DNA of 64,000 nt from Bacillota bacterium (GTDB lineage: Bacteria > Bacillota > Clostridia > Christensenellales > UBA3700), in assembly GCA_023396095.1 (NCBI GenBank), contig JAEWXG010000012.1, positions 19,942 to 83,941 on the forward strand. Direction: 5' to 3'. The position numbers were made by a program, and so were the translations under genes. Shown in pieces: positions 10,047 to 19,982 of the stretch. The notes beneath the pieces are model-generated. The model was not told where the DNA came from. It made no database searches and worked only from the letters and a program-made list of their open reading frames with translations. Numbering within the stretch: position 1 is the stretch's first letter; every line of letters starts with the position of its first letter.

Positions 10047-10110
10047 TGACATTTAATATAATCTATTCTTTGTTATTAACTTTTTTTAAAAACCTACAGC
10101 AATTTTGTTA

Positions 10111-11007
10111 CTAGTCAAATAATTCATTTATAAATTCAGAAGCATTAAATTTTAATAAATCATTTATTTTTTCACCAACCCCAACAAAACAAACTGGAAT
10201 CTCGTTTTCAGCACTAATTGCAAAAACTACTCCTCCTTTTGCTGTTCCGTCAAGCTTATTCAATATAATCCCATCAATATCTATAAATTCACTAAATGTA
10301 TCTACTTGAGAAACTGCATTTTGTCCTGTTGTAGCATCAATTACAATATATGTTCTATAATCTGCTTCAGGCCATTCTTTGCCTACTACTCTATTAATTT
10401 TTGCTAGTTCGTTCATTAAATTCTTTTTATTTTGCAATCTTCCTGCAGTATCAATTAAAACAACATTATCTTTTTTCGATTTAGCTGACGAAATAGCATC
10501 ATATACAACTGCTGCGGCATCCGCTCCTTCATATTGCTTAACTATCCTTACACCAGCTCTTTCAGCCCACACTGTTAGTTGATCTGCAGCAGCTGCTCTA
10601 AATGTATCTCCTGCAGCTACAACAACTGATTTATTTTGATCTTTAAAATATTTAGCTAATTTCCCTATCGCAGTGGTTTTGCCAACACCATTAACTCCCG
10701 CAACTAAAATAACAAGGGGATATTGATATTCAGGAATATCATAATCTATACTTTCTAGCATAGTTTCTTTTAATAATTCCTTGGCATCTTCTGTATTATT
10801 AATCTTTTTTCTAAAACATTTATCTTTAAACCCTTCAAGAATTTCTTCTGTCGCTTTTACCCCGATATCGGCAGAAATTAATGCAATTTCCAGTTCATTA
10901 AAAAATTCATCATCTAATTTTCTACCAGTGAACATTGAGTATATTTTTTTTGAAAAATTTTCTTTTGTCTTTTTAATACTATCTTTTATTTTAGAAAAAA
11001 ATCCCAT
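10111..11007 (-). CDS. ftsY: Signal recognition particle receptor FtsY (NG domain only)
   Basis: 298 aa. SRP-GTPase motifs GVNGVGKTT, DTAGR and NKLDGTAKGG. Confidence 0.93.
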   Translation of the reverse strand: MGFFSKIKDSIKKTKENFSKKIYSMFTGRKLDDEFFNELEIALISADIGVKATEEILEGFKDKCFRKKINNTEDAKELLKETMLESIDYDIPEYQYPLVILVAGVNGVGKTTAIGKLAKYFKDQNKSVVVAAGDTFRAAAADQLTVWAERAGVRIVKQYEGADAAAVVYDAISSAKSKKDNVVLIDTAGRLQNKKNLMNELAKINRVVGKEWPEADYRTYIVIDATTGQNAVSQVDTFSEFIDIDGIILNKLDGTAKGGVVFAISAENEIPVCFVGVGEKINDLLKFNASEFINELFD

Positions 11008-11009
11008 TT

Positions 11010-14000
11010 TTACCCCGTAATCTTTTCTTGATCTTTTAATGATTCCATAGCTTCTGAAATTGTAACTTTTACAACTCTTGAAACACCTCGTTCCTGCATT
11101 GTAACACCATTTAAAATATCTGACGCTTGCATTGTTGGTTGTCTATGAGTAATTACAATAAATTGCGTATCTTGAGAAAACTTTTTTAAATAGTTTGCAA
11201 AAAGATATACATTACTATCATCCAATGCCGCATCAATTTCATCAAGTATACAAAATGGAACAGCCTTAACTTTTAAAATAGCAAATAGTATTGCAATAGC
11301 TGTCATGGACTGCTCCCCTCCTGACAAAGCATTAATACTAGGGACATTTTTACCAGGAGGCTGTGCGTCTATCTCTATCCCTGCAGATAATTCGTCTTCA
11401 CCTTCATCAGGTGGTAATATTACCAATTTAGCCTTCCCCCCACCAAATAACTCCTTGAATACTTCGCCAAAGTTTTTATTAATCTTCTCAAATTCATTAT
11501 TAAACTGCGTAAGCATTGACTCAGATAAATCTTTTATTACTTGATTTAAATTATTTTGCGCTGTTATCAAATCTTGCACACATGCTAATTGTTTATCATA
11601 TCTTTCTTGTTGTTTTTGACTTTCTTCAATCGCATTATAATTGACAGGACCTAATTTAGAAATCTCCCTTTTAACATTTGTTAACTTGGAAATAGACTCT
11701 TCATAATTAAACTCCGCTCTCTTATACTCTTGAGCTGTATCATAAGAAAGATTATATTCTTCAAAAATATGTTTTTCTAACTGTTCTATACTTTCATTAA
11801 CTCTAACTAATCTTTCTTCTTGTTTGATAATAAGTTGCTTTTTATTGTTGATATCATTTAAAATTTCTTCTTTTCTTATAATAATATCATGGCAAATCTT
11901 TTTACTTTCTTCCTTATCTTTTGTGAATTCCGCAATACTTTGCATGATCTTTTGATAATCATCTTCTTCTTTCTCGGTAAGTTTTGTATTCTTTAACATA
12001 TCCTTCATTTCTTTTAATTGTGAAGTAAAGGCATTGCGTGCGAACTCATAATCACTATTTTCCAACTTCAATTTTTCAATTTCTTGCCCTAATTTAACAA
12101 GATTCATACTAGCATTAGATATTTCAATTTCGGCATTTTGAATTTTTAATTTTAACTCTGTGATTTCTTGGTTTAATTGATCCTTTTTAATAGACTTCTC
12201 TCCATACTCTATTTTCAACTTTGCATCTTCGTTTGAAATATTTGCATTTTCATGACTAACCTTATTTTTTTCTTGATTAACCATATCTAGTGCGCTTTGG
12301 ATAACTTCTAATCTATTTTCTTTTTGCTCTAATTTTTCAACTTGAGTTGATAATTCACTTTCTAAATATATGATTTCGTTTTGAATTTTTTCAATATCTT
12401 GATTCCTTTGAAAGCATTTTTCTTTTGCTTCATCTAATGCTTTCGTGGATTTTTCTAGGTCTTGTTTCGTCTCATATAATTGTATCTCTTTATTATCTTT
12501 CTGTTTTTTCTTAATAGCTAAAGTATTTGAATACTCATCTAATTCCTTTGACATTTCTTCAATCTTTCTATCTGTCGCAAGTAAACTGTTGGTATCGTTG
12601 CTCCTCTTTCCTCCGGTAATAGCACCTGTGTTTGAAATTATATCCCCCTCTAGTGTGACTATTCTAAAACCATATTTATAACGCCTAGCAAGAGCTACTG
12701 CATTTTCTATATTATCACAAAGAATTGTTCTACCTAGAAGGCCTATAAGAATAGGGTCATACCTTTTATCATAGTTTATTAAATCAGAGAGTATTCCAAT
12801 AACCCCCTTCTCTCTTAAACAACTTTCATATTCTTTCTCAAGATAACGATATTTATATGCTGCAATCGGCAAAATAGTAATAACCCCAAGACGTTTTTCT
12901 TTTGCTACATTAATCAAATATTTTGCATCTTCATCATTTCTTGTTACAACGTTTTGCAAAGTATTTCCTAAAATAGCTGTTACCGCAGCTTCATAATCTT
13001 TTGGAACTTTTATCAGCTCAACAAGTAGTCCTTCAATTTTATCAGCCACTTGTTCATTGTATTTAGCTTCTTCTATTAATCTTCTTACGGAATCTTGAAA
13101 ACTTGTATAACTTTCCCTAGCACTTTTTAAATATTCGAGATAATTTTTTTGACCATGAAATTTTCCTTCTATATCTGTTATTTCTTTTGTTAACAAATTA
13201 AGAGACATTTCAATGTTAGCAATATCATCAGATAACGATTTTCTTAATAATTCAGCATTTTCTTTTGTGTTAACTGCACTAATAAGTTTATTTTCTACTT
13301 CTTGTTTTTCATATGTTTTAGTCTCTATAGACTTTTCTCTTTCATTTTTTATCTCTTTCAATTCTTTAATATCTTCAGTGATTAATTCAATCTCCTTGTG
13401 ATATTTTCCTTCGTTAACTTTTATATCAGCTATCATGGCTAATGCTTGATATCTCTGATTTTCACGGCTAGAACTATCTATAGCATACTGTGCAATTTCA
13501 TGCGCAACACTCTCTAATTCTTTTTGTTTATCATTTAGTTTAACTTTCGAATTATTCACTAAAATTTCCAATGATGATGCTTTTTCTTTTAAAGAGGAAA
13601 CTTCATCTCTTTTTTGGTTTAAATCGTTAGAATTAGATTCAATAAATTGCGTCATTTTTGCAATTTCTTCTTCACAATGTTTAATCTTTTCATTTGTTAA
13701 ATTACTATCTCCAAGAAGTCTCTCTTTTTTTAGTAAATGTTGCATTTCTAAATTCTTTAAACTTCCAATCTCATGCTCTAAATCAACAATTTTTTTATCA
13801 TGCTTTTTGTATTGCTCGTCTTTTTCTGCATATTGCCTTTCGTAATAGTAAACTTCATCTTGATATGAATCTATTTTTTTTGTAATTTCTCCACGAATTT
13901 GTTCAGAGTTATCTGTTTGATAAATATATTGGTTTACTTCTATAAATTTTAATTCTTCTTGCAGATCACGTGCTATTCTTGCTTTTTTTGCTTGTTCTTT

Positions 14001-14615
14001 TAAAGGCCCCAAATGTTTCTCTATTTCATTAATTACAATTTTTCCCTTTTCAATATTTTCAGTTGCTACATTTAATTCTTTTACAGCATTTTCTTTTCTG
14101 CTTTTATACAAAGCAATTCCTGCCGCTTCTTCAAATAATGCTCTTCTTTTCTTAGGTGGATTTTGTATTATTTCTGAGACTTTACCTTGTGCAATGATTG
14201 AATACCCTTCACGCCCCATTCCTGTATCTTTCAACAAGTCTTGTATGTCTTGAAGTCTACATTTTGCACCATTTAAATAAAATTCTGAATTGCCAGAGCG
14301 GAAAGCTTTTCTGGTTATTACAACTTCCTCATACGGCGCGTTAATAATTCTGGTTGAATTATCAAAAACAACTGAAACTTCACAAAACGAAAGAGGTTTA
14401 CGTAAATCTGTACCGCCGAAAATTAAACCAGACATATTTCCGATACGTAAAATCGAGGGTCTGGATTCTCCTAATACCCATCTTATTGCATCAGAAAAGT
14501 TGCTTTTACCGCAACCATTTGGCCCTACGATTGCTGTAATACCCTTATTAAATTCTATTTCTGTTTTTTCGACAAAGGACTTAAACCCATAAACTCTAAT
14601 TTCTTTTAAATTCAA
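11010..14615 (-). CDS. smc: Chromosome segregation protein SMC
   Basis: 1201 aa. Walker A GPNGCGKSN, long coiled coils with a central hinge, LSGGEQ signature and Walker B ILDEIDAALD. TTG start with SD GGAGA. Confidence 0.95.
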   Translation of the reverse strand: MNLKEIRVYGFKSFVEKTEIEFNKGITAIVGPNGCGKSNFSDAIRWVLGESRPSILRIGNMSGLIFGGTDLRKPLSFCEVSVVFDNSTRIINAPYEEVVITRKAFRSGNSEFYLNGAKCRLQDIQDLLKDTGMGREGYSIIAQGKVSEIIQNPPKKRRALFEEAAGIALYKSRKENAVKELNVATENIEKGKIVINEIEKHLGPLKEQAKKARIARDLQEELKFIEVNQYIYQTDNSEQIRGEITKKIDSYQDEVYYYERQYAEKDEQYKKHDKKIVDLEHEIGSLKNLEMQHLLKKERLLGDSNLTNEKIKHCEEEIAKMTQFIESNSNDLNQKRDEVSSLKEKASSLEILVNNSKVKLNDKQKELESVAHEIAQYAIDSSSRENQRYQALAMIADIKVNEGKYHKEIELITEDIKELKEIKNEREKSIETKTYEKQEVENKLISAVNTKENAELLRKSLSDDIANIEMSLNLLTKEITDIEGKFHGQKNYLEYLKSARESYTSFQDSVRRLIEEAKYNEQVADKIEGLLVELIKVPKDYEAAVTAILGNTLQNVVTRNDEDAKYLINVAKEKRLGVITILPIAAYKYRYLEKEYESCLREKGVIGILSDLINYDKRYDPILIGLLGRTILCDNIENAVALARRYKYGFRIVTLEGDIISNTGAITGGKRSNDTNSLLATDRKIEEMSKELDEYSNTLAIKKKQKDNKEIQLYETKQDLEKSTKALDEAKEKCFQRNQDIEKIQNEIIYLESELSTQVEKLEQKENRLEVIQSALDMVNQEKNKVSHENANISNEDAKLKIEYGEKSIKKDQLNQEITELKLKIQNAEIEISNASMNLVKLGQEIEKLKLENSDYEFARNAFTSQLKEMKDMLKNTKLTEKEEDDYQKIMQSIAEFTKDKEESKKICHDIIIRKEEILNDINNKKQLIIKQEERLVRVNESIEQLEKHIFEEYNLSYDTAQEYKRAEFNYEESISKLTNVKREISKLGPVNYNAIEESQKQQERYDKQLACVQDLITAQNNLNQVIKDLSESMLTQFNNEFEKINKNFGEVFKELFGGGKAKLVILPPDEGEDELSAGIEIDAQPPGKNVPSINALSGGEQSMTAIAILFAILKVKAVPFCILDEIDAALDDSNVYLFANYLKKFSQDTQFIVITHRQPTMQASDILNGVTMQERGVSRVVKVTISEAMESLKDQEKITG

Positions 14616-14652
14616 AGCGTCATCTCCAACAAAGTAATTATATAACTTAATT

Positions 14653-14661
14653 ATTATAACA
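14653..14661 (-). promoter_or_regulatory. Extended -10 element (TGtTATAAT) upstream of smc
   Basis: The reverse complement of 14653..14661 reads TGTTATAAT, about 35 nt upstream of the smc start. Confidence 0.4.
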
Positions 14662-14796
14662 AAAAAATATAAAAATAAATATATGGTTTTATATCTAAGT
14701 AAGGTTTGCCTAGTAATACGGTATACTCACCAAGTAGAATTCCTTTAAAAAGACACTTTTACCAAAACAGCTATTCTATGCTGTGAATGATATTGA

Positions 14797-15450
14797 TTAT
14801 AAAACCAAATTCATTTTTTCAACACACTTTTCACACGCAATTTTAACCGCTTCTTTTTTTGTTGTTGCTTTTCCTATAAATTGTGCATTAAAAATATTTA
14901 ATATGGCTATATGCATTGGTGGATTCAAATTATCTGTTTCATAATTAAGTGTATATTCCACTCTATTTTTTGCACAATATTCAAACAATTTAGATTTCAT
15001 ATCTAATATTTGTTCATCTCCAAACGGAAAAATAAATTTAAGAATGAACTTTTTAGTTATTGCCAAATCATTTGAATCTAAATAAATTGCAGCAATAAGA
15101 GCTTCTACAAAATCTGATTTACTTTTTTCCGATATTTCTTCTAAATTAATTGGCTTGCCTATAATATAATCATCCAGTTTTAAATAATCATATGTTTTAG
15201 CTAATGCTGTTCTTGAAACGAGCTTTTGTCTTTCTTTGGTTAATTTACCAGGAGTTGTGTTTTTATTTTCAAAAAATAATATTTCAGATACTATAAATTC
15301 TAAAATTGCATCCCCAAAAAACTCATATACTTCATACGACTCACTAGCCACATGATTAAATGGATGCGTTAAAGCTTTATTTAATTTTGATATTTTATTA
15401 AATTGGTAATCAATCCTTTCTTGAAACTCTAAAAGTTTTTCATTATCCAT
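14797..15450 (-). CDS. rnc: Ribonuclease III
   Basis: 217 aa. RNase III signature EFFGDAILEF and a C-terminal dsRBD-like segment. Conserved position between plsX and smc. Confidence 0.9.
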   Translation of the reverse strand: MDNEKLLEFQERIDYQFNKISKLNKALTHPFNHVASESYEVYEFFGDAILEFIVSEILFFENKNTTPGKLTKERQKLVSRTALAKTYDYLKLDDYIIGKPINLEEISEKSKSDFVEALIAAIYLDSNDLAITKKFILKFIFPFGDEQILDMKSKLFEYCAKNRVEYTLNYETDNLNPPMHIAILNIFNAQFIGKATTKKEAVKIACEKCVEKMNLVL

Positions 15451-16441
15451 TTGAAATTTCCTTGGCTATTTTTTCTACCAAATGATTTTTAGCAATATTT
15501 ACAGCTTGAAGAATGGAATTAGATATAGATTCCTCTCCGGAAGATCCGTGTGCTTTAATAACAATTTTATCTAACCCAACAAACATAGCCCCGCCTTGTT
15601 TTGAATAATCTAATGTGTTTTTCATTTCTTTTAATACAGGTTTTAATAATAAAGCTCCAAGTTTTGCTCTTAATCCGCCATTTTTAACATTATTTTTTAT
15701 GGAAGAAAGCATACCTTTTGCCATACCTTCCATTGACTTAAGAGCAACATTCCCTGAAAACCCATCTGCTACTACTACGTCATATTCCCCAGATAATAAA
15801 TCTCTAGCTTCCATCTGTCCTTTAAAATCTATATTTTTAATTTCGGATATTTCTTTTGCCGCCTCTTTTACAAGCTTTGTCCCCTTTGAATCTTCAGTCC
15901 CATTAGATAAAATTGCAACTCTTGGCCTTTTAACATCCCTAATACTCTTTATATATTCACTTCCCATTATTGCAAAACCATGCAATGACTTGGCATCGCA
16001 TTCAGAATTTGCTCCGGCATCAATTAATATTACATTTGAATTATTAAATGTTGGCGCAACTAATGCTAAAGCAGGTCTCTCTATACCATTTATTTTATTT
16101 AAAATCACATATGCTCCAGCCAATAGTGCACCTGTTGAACCCGCAGAAACAAAAGCATCCGCTTTATTGCTTGGATCTGCTAAAAATTTTAATCCCTTAA
16201 CTATAGAAGAATCTTTTTTCTTAATAACGGCCATTGCAGGATTATCATCAAAAGTAATTATTTGCTTGGCATCTAAAATCTCGATTCTTTCCTTAAATTT
16301 AACAATTTCAGGTTTAATTATGTCTTCATTACCAACTGCAACTATTTCTAAATCTTTATCATTTTCCAAAGCTTTAAAACAGCCTTGCAAAATTACCTTA
16401 TAATCATTATCTCCACCAAATAAATCAACTATTACTTTCAT
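15443..16441 (-). CDS. plsX: Phosphate acyltransferase PlsX
   Basis: 332 aa. Motifs DLFGGDN, VSAGSTGALLAG and IKAHGSSG. Overlaps the rnc start by 8 nt. Confidence 0.93.
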   Translation of the reverse strand: MKVIVDLFGGDNDYKVILQGCFKALENDKDLEIVAVGNEDIIKPEIVKFKERIEILDAKQIITFDDNPAMAVIKKKDSSIVKGLKFLADPSNKADAFVSAGSTGALLAGAYVILNKINGIERPALALVAPTFNNSNVILIDAGANSECDAKSLHGFAIMGSEYIKSIRDVKRPRVAILSNGTEDSKGTKLVKEAAKEISEIKNIDFKGQMEARDLLSGEYDVVVADGFSGNVALKSMEGMAKGMLSSIKNNVKNGGLRAKLGALLLKPVLKEMKNTLDYSKQGGAMFVGLDKIVIKAHGSSGEESISNSILQAVNIAKNHLVEKIAKEISNG

Positions 16442-16463
16442 AAAACCTCAAAATATGAAAAAT

Positions 16464-16480
16464 GCCCTAATATATAGGGC
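16464..16480 (-). terminator. Hairpin (possible partial terminator/attenuator) between rpmF and plsX
   Basis: GCCCTA-5 nt-TAGGGC, followed on the minus strand by ATTTTT. The plsX SD (GAGG) lies downstream. Confidence 0.4.
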
Positions 16481-16504
16481 TTATCATTTCACATCAAAAA
16501 ATAA

Positions 16505-16693
16505 CTAATCATTATTTTTATTACTTACAACAACTGGTCTGCCTTCATAATATCCACAATTCTTACATACTCTATGACTTTGTATCAATGTATGACAATG
16601 TGGACACTCCGATAAATTAGGAGCAGTAAGTTTCCAATTTGCCGATCTACTATGTTTTCTTGCTTTAGATATTTTTCCCTTTGGTACTGCCAT
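16505..16693 (-). CDS. rpmF: 50S ribosomal protein L32 (bL32)
   Basis: 62 aa. MAVPKGKISKARKHSR N-terminus and a CxxC...CxxC zinc ribbon. Confidence 0.95.
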   Translation of the reverse strand: MAVPKGKISKARKHSRSANWKLTAPNLSECPHCHTLIQSHRVCKNCGYYEGRPVVVSNKNND

Positions 16694-16705
16694 TCTATTT
16701 GCCTC

Positions 16706-17191
16706 CTAGTTAAAATCTTTATTCATCAATATCGAAAAAGGATTACTTTCATCAATATCATTTTTCACTTCACAATTACATTCTTTATGATTCAAATTTG
16801 CTCCACAACTGCTACATAAACCTTTGCAATTATCATTACATAAAATCTGTATAGGCAATAATATAACAAATTCTTCTTGCACCTTATCTTTTAAATCTAC
16901 AACTGAATTTGAATACCTATATTCACCTTCTTCTTCAGAATAAATACACTCGAATTCAAATTCAAAACATTTTTTTGTTACATCTAAACATCTATCACAT
17001 AAAAATTCAACTTCCTGTTTGCAAACTGCTTGAACTTTTATGTTTCTATTTTGCAATACAAAAATCCCTTCAATCATACAAGGACCAATATATTTTGCTT
17101 GTCTATCTTCAATTAGAAAAATATCTAAATTTATTTCTTCTCGAAAGCAATACTCAATATTTTCTTGAATTCCTAATATGCTTAAACTCAT
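16706..17191 (-). CDS. yceD: DUF177 / YceD-family protein (ribosome-assembly associated)
   Basis: 161 aa. Conserved position immediately upstream of rpmF. C-terminal Cys cluster CKGLCSSCGANLNHKECNC. Confidence 0.8.
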   Translation of the reverse strand: MSLSILGIQENIEYCFREEINLDIFLIEDRQAKYIGPCMIEGIFVLQNRNIKVQAVCKQEVEFLCDRCLDVTKKCFEFEFECIYSEEEGEYRYSNSVVDLKDKVQEEFVILLPIQILCNDNCKGLCSSCGANLNHKECNCEVKNDIDESNPFSILMNKDFN

Positions 17192-17390
17192 TTAACACGC
17201 CTTATTTTGATGCCTATTTATATTACTATATATATTGTATCAATGCAAATAAAATCATTATTATATTATATGCTTTCACCTCAAATTTTTAATAAATTAT
17301 CAAAATAATGCAGACTTAATAATGCTTTTTTAATAACTTGTCAATCATTTAATTAATGCATATCATTATATATATGTATCTATAATTCGA

Positions 17391-18329
17391 TTACTCAATT
17401 ATTATCTTCTCAATCAAATCTGTTTTAAAATTATTTCCTATTAGCAAAAGTTTTTGACCAGCATTATCTTCGCATCCAGTAATTACATAGTCAGACCCAA
17501 CTAAATCAAATTTTACAGATGATTTATCTCCCAATTTACAATAGCCTTTCGCCCGAATAATATTTCCAAAAGCCTTATTAATAATTAATTCAAAAAATAG
17601 TAATAAATGTTGAATATTATAAAATTTAAAATTATTTAAAGAAAAATGTTCAAATGTCGCCTCATTTTTTACTAATTTAACACTTTTATATTTAAAACTA
17701 TGCTCTTGACTATCTTTTTCGTTTTCAACTGAATATAACTCACTATTATACAAGTTTCCCCAATCTAAATCTGTAAAATTTTCATAATGCCTATTAGGAT
17801 AATATATACTATCATTAATATTTAAATCACGCCTTATCTTATCATAATCATTTTTACTGTACTCTTCAGAGTGACTAACTAGTACGCTACCAGCATACTT
17901 TATTTGATTAATAAAATATTCTGGATATTCCAACATGTTTTTTTCATAATGAATACCATCTATTATCATAATAGGAGGTAAAATTTTAATCCTTTCATAT
18001 CGAATTTTGTTTAAATTATCTAATATCTTATTTGTAAGGGCAACACCACTTGATTCAATGATTAAATAGTCTATATCCAAAGAATTTGAAATTGTTAAAA
18101 CCGATTGGGAAAAATCAATTTTTTTAGAGCAACAAATACATCCATCAATTAATTCAAATATTTGTTCATCTATTATTGTTTTTTCCGACAATAAAAAATC
18201 TTTATCAACACCAATTGATCCAAAATCATTTTCTAATATTGCTACTCTCCCTTCTAACTGTTCAGTAAACTTTTTTATAAAAGTAGTTTTCCCAGCCCCT
18301 AAAAAGCCTGAAATCAATATAATTTTCAT
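17391..18329 (-). CDS. COG0523-family (CobW/ZigA-like) G3E GTPase, putative metallochaperone
   Basis: 312 aa. P-loop GFLGAGKTT, CxCC motif (DGCICCS), IESSGVA switch region and a CobW_C-like C-terminal domain. Confidence 0.8.
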   Translation of the reverse strand: MKIILISGFLGAGKTTFIKKFTEQLEGRVAILENDFGSIGVDKDFLLSEKTIIDEQIFELIDGCICCSKKIDFSQSVLTISNSLDIDYLIIESSGVALTNKILDNLNKIRYERIKILPPIMIIDGIHYEKNMLEYPEYFINQIKYAGSVLVSHSEEYSKNDYDKIRRDLNINDSIYYPNRHYENFTDLDWGNLYNSELYSVENEKDSQEHSFKYKSVKLVKNEATFEHFSLNNFKFYNIQHLLLFFELIINKAFGNIIRAKGYCKLGDKSSVKFDLVGSDYVITGCEDNAGQKLLLIGNNFKTDLIEKIIIE

Positions 18330-18350
18330 AAATAATTGTATATCAAGTAA

Positions 18351-18385
18351 ATAAAAATAGTCCTGCTTATGTATGGCAGGACTAT
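18351..18385 (-). terminator. Rho-independent terminator after the adh gene
   Basis: 10-bp stem ATAGTCCTGC/GCAGGACTAT, followed on the minus strand by TTTTTAT. Confidence 0.8.
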
Positions 18386-18396
18386 TAAAATTTCAA

Positions 18397-19452
18397 TTAA
18401 ATTGTTACCACAGGTTTAATCAAATCTGCAGGTTTGTTTTTCATTAATAATAAAGCATCTTCAACATGCTTAAACCCTTTAAATCTATGCGTTAACAACG
18501 GAGTTACATCCAATTTTTTATACTCAATTAGGCTAGCCAATTTTTGTAACCTTAAACGTCCACCTGGCATTAACCCGCCATTAATTTGTTTATGTCCCAT
18601 TCCTACTCCCCATTCAATACGTGGAATAGTAATATTTAACCCCTCTCCTAAATAGTTAACGTTTCCTATTTTTCCACCTGGTTTTAATGATTTAATAGCA
18701 GGCTCAAAAGTTTCAACGCCACCGCCTGCAATGATAACTTTATCCACCCCTTGCCCGTGAGTTAATTCTAATACCTGCTGTTCAATTGGTCCTTCTTTGT
18801 ATCCAATAAAATCAGTAGCACCATATCCTTTTGCTGCATTTCTACAAACTTGTCTTGTCCCAACACAAATAATTCTTGATGCACCCCTTAAATTGGCACC
18901 AGCAACTGCCATTAACCCAACTGGTCCAATTCCAATTACTAAAACTGTGTCTCCAAATTTAACATCTGCAAGCTCAACGCCATGAAATCCTGTAGGTACC
19001 ATATCAGACAACATACAAGCTTCTTCTGGAGTTATGCTATCTGGCAATTTTGCCAAATTGGAATCTGCTTCGTTTACATGGAAATATTCGCCGAAAACAC
19101 CATCTTTAAAGTTAGAAAATTTCCAGCCTGCTAGCATTCCGCCAGAGTGCATTGAATAACCACCTTGCGCCTCAAGTGAGCCCCAATCTGGAGTAATAGC
19201 AGCGACCATTACCCTATCTCCTGGTTTAAAGTCTCTTACTAAGCTACCTACTTCTTCAACTACTCCACAGCCCTCATGCCCTAAAATCATATTATGCCTC
19301 TCACCTATTGCTCCTTCCCAAACAGTATGTACATCTGATGTACAAGGTGACAGAGCTAATGGACGAACAATAGCATCTAAGGGACCACAAACTGGACGCT
19401 CTTTTTCAATCCACCCAATTTTACCTATTTCTAACATCGCAAAGCCTTTCAT
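18397..19452 (-). CDS. adh: Zn-dependent NADP-type (secondary) alcohol dehydrogenase
   Basis: 351 aa from ATG 19452 (SD GGAAGGAGG); the track start 19470 is an upstream GTG. Motifs CTSDVH and GHEGCGVVEEVG (Zn ligands) and GIGPVGLMAVAGA (Rossmann fold). Resembles the Thermoanaerobacter/C. beijerinckii/Entamoeba ADH1 type. Confidence 0.88.
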   Translation of the reverse strand: MKGFAMLEIGKIGWIEKERPVCGPLDAIVRPLALSPCTSDVHTVWEGAIGERHNMILGHEGCGVVEEVGSLVRDFKPGDRVMVAAITPDWGSLEAQGGYSMHSGGMLAGWKFSNFKDGVFGEYFHVNEADSNLAKLPDSITPEEACMLSDMVPTGFHGVELADVKFGDTVLVIGIGPVGLMAVAGANLRGASRIICVGTRQVCRNAAKGYGATDFIGYKEGPIEQQVLELTHGQGVDKVIIAGGGVETFEPAIKSLKPGGKIGNVNYLGEGLNITIPRIEWGVGMGHKQINGGLMPGGRLRLQKLASLIEYKKLDVTPLLTHRFKGFKHVEDALLLMKNKPADLIKPVVTI

Positions 19453-19553
19453 ATAATTTCCTCCTTCCACAATATTTACTTGTTAATATTTTAACATATA
19501 TTATTAAATAAGAAAAGTATTTTTAATTTACCCAGCTTTGCACTTACTAAAGT

Positions 19554-19581
19554 AAAAAAATAAGGTTAGCATTAACCTTAT
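19554..19581 (-). terminator. Rho-independent terminator ending the pta-ackA-zinc-ribbon operon
   Basis: 9-bp stem ATAAGGTTA/TAACCTTAT with a 4-nt loop, followed on the minus strand by a T6 run. Confidence 0.75.
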
Positions 19582-19616
19582 TTACACTTAAATTTTTAGC
19601 TAGAAAACTGGCCTTG

Positions 19617-19982
19617 TTATAATAGATTTATTTGCCCTTTTGATAATACTGTTACCAAAATTACTAAAATAAAATTTATTAATATACCAATTATAGCCAT
19701 TCTTACGGCAATTTTAGAATTTGCAAAATCTTTATCTGTACGATCTTTTTTTGCTCGAAAATATATTGCAAATATAAAACCTAGTAGTGGCCATAAAAGT
19801 GCAAGTATTCCAATAAGAAAACTTCCTTTTTCAACATTTTTCTTTTTTGGTTGAGTATCTTCTATTTGATCGTTATCAACTATAGTGGAGCCATTAAGCC
19901 TTGCCCCACACTTTCCACAAAACTGATCATCATCTTTATTTTTAGCACCACAAAAAATACAATATATATCTCTTTGTTCCAT
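19617..19982 (-). CDS. Zinc-ribbon membrane protein (unknown function)
   Basis: 121 aa. N-terminal CIFCG...CGKCG zinc ribbon and two C-terminal hydrophobic helices. The start overlaps the ackA stop (TAATG). Confidence 0.6.
   Translation of the reverse strand: MEQRDIYCIFCGAKNKDDDQFCGKCGARLNGSTIVDNDQIEDTQPKKKNVEKGSFLIGILALLWPLLGFIFAIYFRAKKDRTDKDFANSKIAVRMAIIGILINFILVILVTVLSKGQINLL

Noticed and set aside
14616-14796. The 180-bp rnc-smc spacer, with slightly GC-richer stretches (e.g. GGTTTGCCTAGTAATACGGTATACTCACC). I inspected it for an sRNA or riboswitch.
   Set aside because: Only short (4-5 bp) helices can be drawn. The region is adequately explained by a weak rnc terminator plus the smc extended -10 promoter.
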